From Nitrospirota bacterium (lineage in GTDB: Bacteria; Nitrospirota; JACRHJ01), in contig CAWJRJ010000016.1 of NCBI GenBank assembly GCA_963845245.1, positions 96,001 to 160,000 of the forward strand: 64,000 nucleotides of DNA. Reading direction: 5' to 3'. The stretch's first letter is position 1; each line of letters starts with the position of its first letter. Made by a program: the position numbers and the translations under genes. Shown here in pieces: positions 30,386 through 38,918 of this stretch. Under the pieces are notes generated by a model. It did no database searches, was not told the DNA's origin, and saw only the letters and a list, made by a program, of their open reading frames with translations.

Positions 30386-30983
30386 GCGCATTCGTGTGAA
30401 AGGTGAATCAGGGGTGTTGGTGTGGGTCGTGCTGGTGGCCGTGCTTGCGGTTGTCCTGGCGGTCGCCGGTTACTTCTTTTTCCGGGAACAGACCCCGAAC
30501 AAGCTGCCGCAGGCAGCCCCGGCCTTCCAGGGCCCGACCTCAATCCAGGGGGCCAAGGCAAGCTTCAAGCTGTATTTCCCGTCCAGCGATGGCTCAGCCC
30601 TACTGGCAGAGACGAGGGATGTCCGAGAGTCGTCCGACAAGTCCGTCCAGATACGCGAGGTAGTGGCGGAGCTTCTGCGCGGCCCGATGAAGGAGGGGCT
30701 TGTCTCATCCTTCCCGGCCGGGAGCCGTGTGAAGAACGTGTTCATTGATTCGTCCGGCACCGCGTATGTCAACTTCTCCCGCGAGCTGCAGGCCGATTTC
30801 CCCGGCGGTGCATGGACCGAGACGCTCGCAATCTATTCCCTCACCAACACCCTGGCGATAAACTTCCCCGATGTAAAGCAGGTGCAGATACTGGTCGAAG
30901 GAGTCGTACCGGAGACGCTTGCAGGCCACATAGACATTTCCCGCCCGTTCACGCCCAGGCTGGCGCTGAACAAGGAACAGTGA
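30378..30983 (+). CDS. GerMN-domain protein
   Basis: N-terminal TM, LYF, ELL.GP, AYVNFS, SL.NTL, V..VQIL.EG, LAGH. Confidence 0.88.
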   Translation: MTERIRVKGESGVLVWVVLVAVLAVVLAVAGYFFFREQTPNKLPQAAPAFQGPTSIQGAKASFKLYFPSSDGSALLAETRDVRESSDKSVQIREVVAELLRGPMKEGLVSSFPAGSRVKNVFIDSSGTAYVNFSRELQADFPGGAWTETLAIYSLTNTLAINFPDVKQVQILVEGVVPETLAGHIDISRPFTPRLALNKEQ

Positions 30984-31783
30984 TGAGTTCCTCAAAACCA
31001 ATCGGCATTTTCGACTCAGGGATCGGCGGGCTGACGGTGCTGAAAGAGATAAGGCACCACATACCGGATGAGAACCTTATCTACTTCGGCGACGAGGCGC
31101 GGTTCCCCTACGGCATAAAATCGGCAGAGACCGTTACCCGTTTCTCGCACGAGATCGCAGACTACCTGCTCGGGATGGACATCAAGATGCTCGTGGTCGC
31201 GTGCAACACCGCGACGGCCTGCGCGCTGGGGAGCCTGAGGGAGCGGTTGCCGATACCGGTGATCGGGGTGCTCATGCCCGGTGCCTATGCCGCCTCGCGG
31301 GCGACCGTAACGGGCAGGATAGGGGTTATCGGCACCGAGGGCACGGTAAGCTCTGGGGTCTATGCAAGGCTGATAAGGAACATACGTCCCGGTACCGAGG
31401 TCTTTGCGCGGGCCTGCCCGCTGTTCGTCCCGCTTGTCGAAGAAGGCAGGCTCTCAGGCGATATCACAAGGCTTGCAGCCGAGGAATACCTGGCCCCGCT
31501 GAAGGAAGAGGATATAGACACGCTCGTCCTGGGCTGCACGCACTACCCGCTATTAAAGCAGGTAATAGGCCAGGTGATGGGATCTTCTGTTGTCCTTGTG
31601 GATTCCGCCCACGAGACGGCCCAGGAAGTAAAACGTGTACTCGCGAAGAAAGATATCGCTACGCTTCCCGGAGGCGAGGCCGCTACGCGCTATTTCGTCA
31701 CGGACGCGCCCGAGCGTTTTAAAGCGATCGGTGAGCGTTTCCTCGGTTATGAGATCAGGACGGTCGAGAAGGTGGAGTTGTAA
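30983..31783 (+). CDS. murI: Glutamate racemase
   Basis: FDSGIGGLTV, PYG, ACNTA, LGCTHYP. Confidence 0.97.
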   Translation: MSSSKPIGIFDSGIGGLTVLKEIRHHIPDENLIYFGDEARFPYGIKSAETVTRFSHEIADYLLGMDIKMLVVACNTATACALGSLRERLPIPVIGVLMPGAYAASRATVTGRIGVIGTEGTVSSGVYARLIRNIRPGTEVFARACPLFVPLVEEGRLSGDITRLAAEEYLAPLKEEDIDTLVLGCTHYPLLKQVIGQVMGSSVVLVDSAHETAQEVKRVLAKKDIATLPGGEAATRYFVTDAPERFKAIGERFLGYEIRTVEKVEL

Positions 31784-31785
31784 AT

Positions 31786-31821
31786 AAAAAAAGGCGGGGT
31801 AATGCTCCGCCTTTTTATTTT
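31786..31821. terminator. Bidirectional terminator
   Basis: A-run, GGCGGGG/CTCCGCC stem, T-run. Confidence 0.75.
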
Positions 31822-31840
31822 ATACGATGTATTTCACGTC

Positions 31841-32356
31841 TTAGTATTCGTCGCGCTCGTGTTTCAAATTCTTGCGTTCCTGCTTTTGTTCATACTTCAT
31901 TTCCTTGTTTTCCCGCTTTTGTTCATTCTTTAAGTCCCGGCGATCCCGTTTTTGTTCACGCCCTAATTCACGGCGTTCGTGTTTGTACCAGCCCCTGTGC
32001 CTGCCCATATCCTCATGGCCTACATGCCAATGGCCGTGCTCGGTATAGTAATGCCTGCCGTCGTCGATATATACGTGGTCCGGGTCGTAATGAGGCCTCC
32101 TGTGCCTGTCATAATAGAACCATCCGCTCCTGTTGTCGTCCCAGAACCAGTATGCGGGAGGTCCGGGCGCTATCACTATTGTTGGCGGCAGCGGCGGGAA
32201 GACCACCACACCCGGGGGTGGCGGCGGAGCCTGGGCTACCACTACAGGCACCGGTGGAACGGGTACGCCTATGCTGATATTGACGTTCCCGGCCATGGCC
32301 GCCGATGTGGTAAAAAGCATTGCTGCGAATACAGTAAGCGACATAAATCTCTTCAT
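31841..32356 (-). CDS. Hypothetical exported protein (Pro-rich, His/Arg-rich)
   Basis: Signal peptide, VNISIGVP, poly-Pro, GRHRGW, charged repeat tail. Confidence 0.7.
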   Translation of the reverse strand: MKRFMSLTVFAAMLFTTSAAMAGNVNISIGVPVPPVPVVVAQAPPPPPGVVVFPPLPPTIVIAPGPPAYWFWDDNRSGWFYYDRHRRPHYDPDHVYIDDGRHYYTEHGHWHVGHEDMGRHRGWYKHERRELGREQKRDRRDLKNEQKRENKEMKYEQKQERKNLKHERDEY

Positions 32357-32520
32357 CTTGTACCTCCGTTTCGTGTGCCCAGAAATTTATACCTGCCGCC
32401 TTCTAATGTCAATGGAAAATGTGGTTTGTCGACACAGGACAGGGAGGATGTGTCTCGTATTCTTAAAATTAGTTAAATAAGTATAGCATAGTGTTTTCAG
32501 TCAGTTACGGCGTAGACGGC

Positions 32521-32548
32521 TTGACAAAAACGGCATTTTAGCTATAAT
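32521..32548 (+). promoter_or_regulatory. Sigma70 promoter of hsp20
   Basis: TTGACA-N16-TATAAT. Confidence 0.65.
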
Positions 32549-32624
32549 TAAATATGAGGGATGAGGTTAAAAGCGATTAATCTCTCCCGCCGGGCAACAT
32601 GGGTTTTGAGGAGGTGATTACGTT

Positions 32625-33110
32625 ATGTTCCCGCTGACTAAATGGTCTCCCTCCAGGGAGCTTTGGACGCTCCAGAGGGAAATGGATGACTTGGTAAACA
32701 GGGTATTTGGCAGGGGCGAGAGAGGGATGCACTTCCTTCCGACTCTTGGCACGTACAATTTCCCGGCCATCGACTGCGTCAGGGAAGGTAACAACGTCAT
32801 TGTACACGCTGAGCTTCCGGGAATCGAGCCCAAGGACGTTGATATTACCGTAACTGGCAACCTGCTCACCATCAGAGGCGAGCGCAAGACGGAAAAGAAG
32901 GTGGAGGAGGAGGATTACTTCCTCCGTGAGATAGGAGTAGGGACCTTTGAGCGCAGCATTACGCTCCCGGTCGAGGTGAACACAGAGCACATCAAGGCGA
33001 ATTACAAGAAGGGCCTGCTTGAGATCACGATGCCCGCTCAGACCGCCTTGAAGGGCAAAAAGGTTGAAATAACAATGGAAGAGGAGCCAAGGAAGATCAA
33101 GGCTGCATAA
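32625..33110 (+). CDS. Hsp20 small heat-shock protein
   Basis: AELPG, LTIRGER, G.F.RSI.LP, A.Y..G.L.I. Confidence 0.93.
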   Translation: MFPLTKWSPSRELWTLQREMDDLVNRVFGRGERGMHFLPTLGTYNFPAIDCVREGNNVIVHAELPGIEPKDVDITVTGNLLTIRGERKTEKKVEEEDYFLREIGVGTFERSITLPVEVNTEHIKANYKKGLLEITMPAQTALKGKKVEITMEEEPRKIKAA

Positions 33111-33309
33111 TAGATCCTGTCTTAACCCCGTCGCCCGGATGGGGAGAGTAATTCGGACAAGGCGGATACAATCTCCGCCTTGTTTTGTTTCTGTTTGCAG
33201 GCGCGCGCAAATGCCTCATAACAAAAAAGGTTTGACTATAAATATTGTTTTTGTTAAACTCTGCCATTAAATTTCATTCGCCCTGTCGGGCTTAAGAAGG
33301 GATGGCCAT

Positions 33310-33672
33310 TTGATGGACCGTAAGATAACTGATTTAAAAAAGAAGCTTGAAGAGCAGAGGGCCGAACTCCTGGCAGAGGCGGGAGAGACCATAACGGAAG
33401 GGCTCAAGCCGGAAAAAGAGAATTATGCCGACCTTGGAGACCAGGCCAGTGCGGAGACAGACCGTAACCTCCTCCTTAGGCTCAGGGGCCGCGAGCAGCG
33501 ACTTCTCAAGAAGATCGACGAGGCCCTGAAGAGGATAGAGGACGGTACTTTCGGCATCTGCGAGACATGCGGCGAGAAGATAGGCGCAAAAAGGCTTCAG
33601 GCCCGCCCCGTCACCACGCTCTGCATAGACTGCAAAACCGCCCAGGAAGAAGAAGAGAAACTTAGGAAGTAA
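33310..33672 (+). CDS. dksA: RNA polymerase-binding protein DksA
   Basis: AD..D.A, AL.RI.DG.FG.CE.CGE.I...RL.ARP...LCIDC. Confidence 0.93.
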   Translation: MMDRKITDLKKKLEEQRAELLAEAGETITEGLKPEKENYADLGDQASAETDRNLLLRLRGREQRLLKKIDEALKRIEDGTFGICETCGEKIGAKRLQARPVTTLCIDCKTAQEEEEKLRK

Positions 33673-33688
33673 CCAGCCCGGAGGCCGA

Positions 33689-34165
33689 GTGGCAAAGGTC
33701 CTTATACTCTACTATACAAGGTCCGGCAACACCGAGAAGATGGCCCGGCTGGTGGAAGATGGAGCCAGGGATTCAGGTGCCCAGACTGTGGTCAAGCCCG
33801 TTTCCGAGGCCACGCTCGACGACCTCACCGCCTCCGACGGTATAATAATCGGTTCACCCACCTATTATGGCCTTCCGGCCGCCGAAATCATAAAATTTAT
33901 CGATGAAAGCGTCAAGCTCCATGGCCGCCTCGAAGGCAAGGTCGGGGGCGCGTTCTCCTCGTCCGCGAATATCGGCGGCGGGAACGAGACGGTCATACTG
34001 TCCATCCTCCAGGCGATGCTGGTGCACGGCATGGTCGTGCAAGGCATACCCAAGGGCGACCATTACGGGCCCGTTTCCATAGGCGCGCCGGACGAGCGGG
34101 TGTCGAAACAGTGCAGGCTTCTTGGCGAACGCGTTGCAAAGCTGGCCGACAGGCTGGCCGGGTAA
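33689..34165 (+). CDS. Flavodoxin / WrbA-like protein
   Basis: TRSGNT.KMA, GSPTYYG, GGG.ET. Confidence 0.88.
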   Translation: MAKVLILYYTRSGNTEKMARLVEDGARDSGAQTVVKPVSEATLDDLTASDGIIIGSPTYYGLPAAEIIKFIDESVKLHGRLEGKVGGAFSSSANIGGGNETVILSILQAMLVHGMVVQGIPKGDHYGPVSIGAPDERVSKQCRLLGERVAKLADRLAG

Positions 34166-34199
34166 CTGTTTTTTTGCTCGAATAAACATATTACAAATT

Positions 34200-34225
34200 G
34201 TAGGGGCCGACCATCGTGTCGGCCC
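34200..34225 (+). repeat. GTAG-type REP element
   Basis: GTAGGGGCCGACCATCGTGTCGGCCC, identical to 47376-47401. Confidence 0.85.
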
Positions 34226-34327
34226 TTTTGTATGTTAACGTTTGTATTGCTGAACAGATACCGGCAGTTTGACTTTTCCCTGTAAAATGATAGACTTTTA
34301 TTATAAGGATAGAAGAAGGAGGTTGGT

Positions 34328-34495
34328 ATGATACTGGAACTGAACGAGAAAGAAAAAAAGGTATTGACGCTGGTTCTGAAGTCGTTCGATTCGGAACTGA
34401 AGGAAGAAATCGGCAAGACCGATAACCGGGATTTTAAAGCCGACCTTCGCGGAGAGGAAGAGGTTGTCAAGGAGCTGCTTAAGAAAGTAGCTTAG
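34328..34495 (+). CDS. Small hypothetical protein, 55 aa (not in ORF track)
   Basis: AAGGAGG RBS; MILELNEKEKKVLTLVLKSFDSELKEEIGKTDNRDFKADL...; downstream terminator at 34538-34566. Confidence 0.75.
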   Translation: MILELNEKEKKVLTLVLKSFDSELKEEIGKTDNRDFKADLRGEEEVVKELLKKVA

Positions 34496-34629
34496 CCTAA
34501 AAGGCGGCTCGTCTCTATCTGCATCATACGGAAATCTGGCCCATTAATGGGCCTTTTTTTATTTTGATAGACATTCCCCCTACTATTAAATAAAATCTAA
34601 ATCAAAAATCCAACCTGATGGAGGCATAA

Positions 34630-35202
34630 ATGGAAAAAATCACACTCGGCCCGCAGACGATGCTCTACCCTATGCCCACGCTCCTGATAGGCGCGGAGGT
34701 TGACGGCAAGCCGAACTTCATGGTGGCCGCGTGGAGCGGGATCGCATGCTCGACCCCGCCGATGATATCCGTCGCCATCCAGCCGCACCGCCACACATAC
34801 AAAGGCCTGCGGGAGCACCGGGTATTCTCGGTCAATGTGCCCCCGGTCTCGCTTATGAAGGAGACGGACTACTGTGGCATCCATTCCGGCAAGCAGGACC
34901 CGGACAAGGCCGCGCTCTGCGGGTTCGACATCTTCTACGGAGAGACGAAGGCCCCGCTCATATCGCAGTGCCATATCAATATCGAATGCACCGTGGTCAT
35001 CACCCTCCAGCTCGGCAGCCACGACCTGGTCGTCGGCGAGATAAAAGAGGTCCACGTATCGAAGGACGTCCTCGGCCCGGACGGCAAGCCCGACCCGGCG
35101 AAGATCGACCCGCTTATCTTCTCCGTGCCCGACAGGGCGTACCGGCGCATGGGCGAGGTGGTGGGCAAGGCGTTCAGCGTCGGGATGGATCTGAAAAAAT
35201 AA
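34630..35202 (+). CDS. Flavin reductase / flavoredoxin family protein
   Basis: LYPMP, KPN.M, FSVN.P, DYCG..SG, AP.I..C....EC, GSH....GEI. Confidence 0.9.
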   Translation: MEKITLGPQTMLYPMPTLLIGAEVDGKPNFMVAAWSGIACSTPPMISVAIQPHRHTYKGLREHRVFSVNVPPVSLMKETDYCGIHSGKQDPDKAALCGFDIFYGETKAPLISQCHINIECTVVITLQLGSHDLVVGEIKEVHVSKDVLGPDGKPDPAKIDPLIFSVPDRAYRRMGEVVGKAFSVGMDLKK

Positions 35203-36668
35203 TGGGCTATCTTGGCAGATTATTCGTAAGGCCATCGCAGGTCTCGGAACTGGCCTGTCTCGATATCGCAGAACGAGGAAGGGTAGTACGTTCCTGCAGG
35301 TGGAAGGCGTTCCGAAACTGGCGGTTTTGGGCACTCTCTTTGTTGGTCACTGTTTTTTCCTTGTTCATTCCGTGGCCGTTAGTCCTCTTTTATATGAACT
35401 TACAAATTAAAACGTTTAGTTGGGGTTGGTTGTCCGCTCTTTCTTTGCTGTCTATCATTCTTATCGTGCTCTATATATCCCTTGCGCTCCGAGTGTCGAT
35501 ATACTTTGCAGCCCCACACATGGCCGAGGAGGTCTGTAGGCTCTTTCCAGGGGAGGCGTACATGGCAGAGCATGCGAGCAATCAGTGTATTAGGAAAAAA
35601 GAACTGACCAGGATGGTCTGGACTGTTGCTATTCTTGTATTTGCGACAATGACCGGAGTTGTATTAATACTAAGGAATGTCCAGGATAGTTTCGCCATGA
35701 AGGTGCCGGATGAGCTTAAGACGCCCCGTGTTGTTACGTCAATGCTTGGGTTAAAGAAGGAGGTTTATCTCTCGGACCAGAGGCTCGGCCGCATTACAGA
35801 CATTGTTTTCAATAAGGACAGAGCTGTTTTTGCAGGAGACGGAGGTGCCCTTATAAGGGAGAGTGGGGCCGAAAGGTTTGTCGGGTTCGAGCGCGGGCAG
35901 GATGATATAAATTTTATAAGGATAGACAAGGCTGACGCGTTTGGCTTTATGAACAGGGGTTCTTGGGCTCACGATGCGCGGCTTATGGACATCGAAGGCC
36001 GCGTCCTGTGGAGATACGGCGGGAGTAGCGGCGTTGACGACATGGCCTCTGGGGACGTGGATGGTGACGGATATCCGGAATACGTTGTTGGATTTAATGG
36101 CGGCGGAGGTATACATCTTCTGGACCAGCATGGTAGAAAGATTTGGCAGTTCGACGACGGGAACGTCTGGCATGTTGAGATAGGCGACATATTTGGCGAC
36201 GGACATAATTATATAGTGCACAGCAATGCGGGCGGGGAAGTCACCGTCCGCGACATAAGCGGAAAGGTTATCTCTAGTGCGAAGCCTTCGGCGTATTTTT
36301 CTAGTTTCTCGCTTATACGCTGGCCCGACGCAGCGGGATCCGCGCGCCTGTTGTATGCGGAAGATAACCGCATATGGATACTTGACGCGAGGGGGACGGT
36401 TCTTGCGAAATTTACGGCTCCTGGCTCAGGTAGCCTAGGAGAGGCTAGGGGCGCTGTCCTGGAATACAATAAAGGAAAAGTTCTCGGTACGGTTATAGAC
36501 TACAAAAACTGGAAGCGGACGCTGTTATTTATCCACGACGGGAACGGGAACATACTTTATCGGGAGATATTACCCGAGTCCTGCAAGAGCATAGTCATTA
36601 TTCCGGGCGAAGAAAAGGGTTTCCTAATCGGTGGCGAAGGGAGGATAATAAAGTACAGCCTAGATTGA
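35202..36668 (+). CDS. Hypothetical membrane protein with C-terminal beta-propeller-like domain
   Basis: Start MGYLGRLF; three TM segments; GDVDGDG and GDIFGDG loops; more AT-rich than neighbours. Confidence 0.65.
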   Translation: MGYLGRLFVRPSQVSELACLDIAERGRVVRSCRWKAFRNWRFWALSLLVTVFSLFIPWPLVLFYMNLQIKTFSWGWLSALSLLSIILIVLYISLALRVSIYFAAPHMAEEVCRLFPGEAYMAEHASNQCIRKKELTRMVWTVAILVFATMTGVVLILRNVQDSFAMKVPDELKTPRVVTSMLGLKKEVYLSDQRLGRITDIVFNKDRAVFAGDGGALIRESGAERFVGFERGQDDINFIRIDKADAFGFMNRGSWAHDARLMDIEGRVLWRYGGSSGVDDMASGDVDGDGYPEYVVGFNGGGGIHLLDQHGRKIWQFDDGNVWHVEIGDIFGDGHNYIVHSNAGGEVTVRDISGKVISSAKPSAYFSSFSLIRWPDAAGSARLLYAEDNRIWILDARGTVLAKFTAPGSGSLGEARGAVLEYNKGKVLGTVIDYKNWKRTLLFIHDGNGNILYREILPESCKSIVIIPGEEKGFLIGGEGRIIKYSLD

Positions 36669-36726
36669 ACGGTTGCATTTTCTTAAATATATGACAGGGA
36701 TGTCCGTCCTCGCAAAACCTGCATCT

Positions 36727-36780
36727 GTTGTGGGAATGGCGTTCAGCGTCGGTATGGAGTTGAAGAAATAAGGGCTTTCT
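36727..36780 (+). repeat. Diverged duplicate of the flavin reductase 3' end (35158-35212)
   Basis: Encodes VVGMAFSVGMELKK* versus VVGKAFSVGMDLKK*. Confidence 0.8.
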
Positions 36781-36930
36781 TCTGGACCGCCCCGCGCTAA
36801 CCTCGGAAACTACCCTCGGTAAGCGGTGGGGACCCCCCTTTCTTTTACCTTTTGATAAGAAAGTACGGTTCTGGTATAATTCTTGCTCTAAGCATTAAAG
36901 AAGCAAAATATTTCCCCTGAGGAGTACGCA

Positions 36931-37821
36931 ATGCACAAGATCCTTTCGCATATCTATTACGAAGTACGTAAGCCCCAGATGACCTGGGACATGGTCGGCG
37001 GGTTTCAGGATATAAAAGATACCCTGAAAGAGATGGTCTGCCTGCCGCTTACAAAGGGCAAGGAACTCGCCGAGATGAACGTCGAGCTGCCCACCGGCAC
37101 GATGATATGGGGGCCGCTGGGCGTCGGCATCACGATGCTGGCAGAGGCTGCCGCGACCGAGGCCGGTGTGGGGTACGTATACATATCCGGGCAGGAGATG
37201 CTCGGCAAGCCGGAGGCCCTCAGAAACGCCTTCCACGAGGCGATACACGAGGCACCGTGCGTGCTGTTCATATCGGACACCGAATGGCTCTGTCCGCGCG
37301 CCGGAGCGGACTACGAATGGGAGAAGGGAAACTTCAGGGGTATCCCGCCGACCTTTGCGGATAAAGAGCTCTCAGAGGTCTTCATCCAGGAGATCGACGC
37401 CCTGCACGGCGTCAGGGATGTAGCTCTTGTAGGCTCCTGCTACCGCGTTGACACCGTAGACCAGGCTATAATAAAAGAGCACCGCCGGTTCAACCGCAAG
37501 GTGTTCATGCACCCGCCCACGATAAAAGACAGGGAAGGCATACTTAAGATATACTTTGACAGGATGAAGCTCTACGATAAGGTAGACAAGGCGGTAACGA
37601 TTGACGGGCTCGCCGGGCTTACCGAGGGCTACGTCGGCTGGGACATAGAGTCGCTCTGCAAGAGGGCGGCGCTCACGGCAGTCAAGAGGGGCGACAAGGT
37701 GATCGGGATGGAACATTTCGAGGCCGCCCTTAAAGAGATCGACCCATGGCTGACGCCCGGAATGACCAAAAAATACTATGAACTAAGGGAGAAGGACTGC
37801 CCTCATCATTACGCGTTTTAG
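36931..37821 (+). CDS. Cdc48/FtsH-like AAA domain protein with degenerate Walker motifs
   Basis: W..VGG...IK..L.E.V.LP; GPLGVGIT; LFISDTE; RRFNR; TEGYVG.DI..LC..AA. Confidence 0.82.
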   Translation: MHKILSHIYYEVRKPQMTWDMVGGFQDIKDTLKEMVCLPLTKGKELAEMNVELPTGTMIWGPLGVGITMLAEAAATEAGVGYVYISGQEMLGKPEALRNAFHEAIHEAPCVLFISDTEWLCPRAGADYEWEKGNFRGIPPTFADKELSEVFIQEIDALHGVRDVALVGSCYRVDTVDQAIIKEHRRFNRKVFMHPPTIKDREGILKIYFDRMKLYDKVDKAVTIDGLAGLTEGYVGWDIESLCKRAALTAVKRGDKVIGMEHFEAALKEIDPWLTPGMTKKYYELREKDCPHHYAF

Positions 37822-37987
37822 AGTTATTTTGTTGACATTCCGCCTGCCATTGGCAGATTTTCGTCATACCTGACCCCAGGGTCTGGTCTGGTGGAGGTGT
37901 GCATTAATGCGCAGTTTTCAGGGCTCAAAACCGCGTTAACGCGTTAACTGGGCCACAATGAGCGCTGCAGGAGTGGTTTAGCTTGGC

Positions 37988-38000
37988 TAACATGTTGATT
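37988..38000 (-). promoter_or_regulatory. IHF binding site
   Basis: AATCAACATGTTA on the minus strand matches WATCAANNNNTTR. Confidence 0.7.
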
Positions 38001-38037
38001 TTATAAGCATTAATTAGCGCCATCCGGGTTAAGCTTT

Positions 38038-38053
38038 TGGCGTGATATTTGCA
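38038..38053 (+). promoter_or_regulatory. Sigma54 promoter P1 of the large cluster
   Basis: TGGCGTGATATTTGCA (GG-N10-GC). Confidence 0.8.
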
Positions 38054-38109
38054 TGACAATCCGTCAGGACCCTTGTGTCCTGCTGGAACTTTTAAGGAGG
38101 TTCTTTAAG

Positions 38110-38883
38110 ATGGGGAAGTTCCCGCGGCTCTTTGAAAAGTTTATTCTGACTTTTTCGCTTATGGCGGTGCTTTTCCTGCCTCTGGTGTTTTCGGGTTGCG
38201 CCACTTCCACGGCGGCGGCCCCGGCCAGGAGCGGCTCCGGTGTGACCGGAATGGTTTCGGCGCCCGTTGAGGGAGCATACGTCTTCATATACGAAAAAGG
38301 CGCGGACCCGCACGGCCCTCCGTTTGCAATGACCCAGGCGACCGGGCCGGAAGGCTCGTTCGAGATGGGTCTTCCCGACGGCGAATATGTCCTGGTGGCC
38401 CGCAAGCACAAGAACGGCCGCCCCGGCAGCCCGCTGTCGAAGGATGACCAGAAGAGCGAGCCGGTCAACATCTCGGTCAAGGGCGGCAAGATAGAGCGCC
38501 TTGACCTCGTCCTTCTGAACAAGACGGACGACGTAAAGCATTTCGGCGCGGCTGGAGAATCAGCGACGGCGATAACCGGAAGGATATTCGACAGCGAAGG
38601 CAACCCTATGAGGGGTTTCAGGGTCCATGTTTACACATACGCGCAGATGTCCGAGAGGCCTAAATACGTATCGGCGGCCTCAGGCGCGGACGGAAGGTAC
38701 ATAGTCTTCCTTCCGAAGGGCGGCACTTATTATCTGGCGGCGAGGGACAACTTCGGCGCACCGCCCAAGATAGGCGATTTTTTCGGCAGGTATGACGAGG
38801 GGACGATAGACCCCTCAGGAGTTATATTAAGGACGGGACAGAAGCTCGAGAACATCAATATCACTGTCCATAAAGTATGGTAA
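38110..38883 (+). CDS. Lipoprotein with two carboxypeptidase-regulatory-like beta-sandwich domains (paralog 1)
   Basis: FSGC lipobox; G.Y.L.ARK; MSERPKYVS; GTYYLAAR..FG.PP..GD..GRY. Confidence 0.75.
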   Translation: MGKFPRLFEKFILTFSLMAVLFLPLVFSGCATSTAAAPARSGSGVTGMVSAPVEGAYVFIYEKGADPHGPPFAMTQATGPEGSFEMGLPDGEYVLVARKHKNGRPGSPLSKDDQKSEPVNISVKGGKIERLDLVLLNKTDDVKHFGAAGESATAITGRIFDSEGNPMRGFRVHVYTYAQMSERPKYVSAASGADGRYIVFLPKGGTYYLAARDNFGAPPKIGDFFGRYDEGTIDPSGVILRTGQKLENINITVHKVW

Positions 38884-38918
38884 ATCGGGTTTTATTTAAT
38901 TTTCTGAAAGGAGGAAGT

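Noticed and set aside
32480..32625. CIRCE element upstream of hsp20
   Set aside because: No TTAGCACTC-N9-GAGTGCTAA match; only a sigma70-like promoter.
34731..36668. 645-aa ORF as a single protein
   Set aside because: The first ~157 codons are an off-frame overlap of the flavin reductase; the plausible start is 35202.
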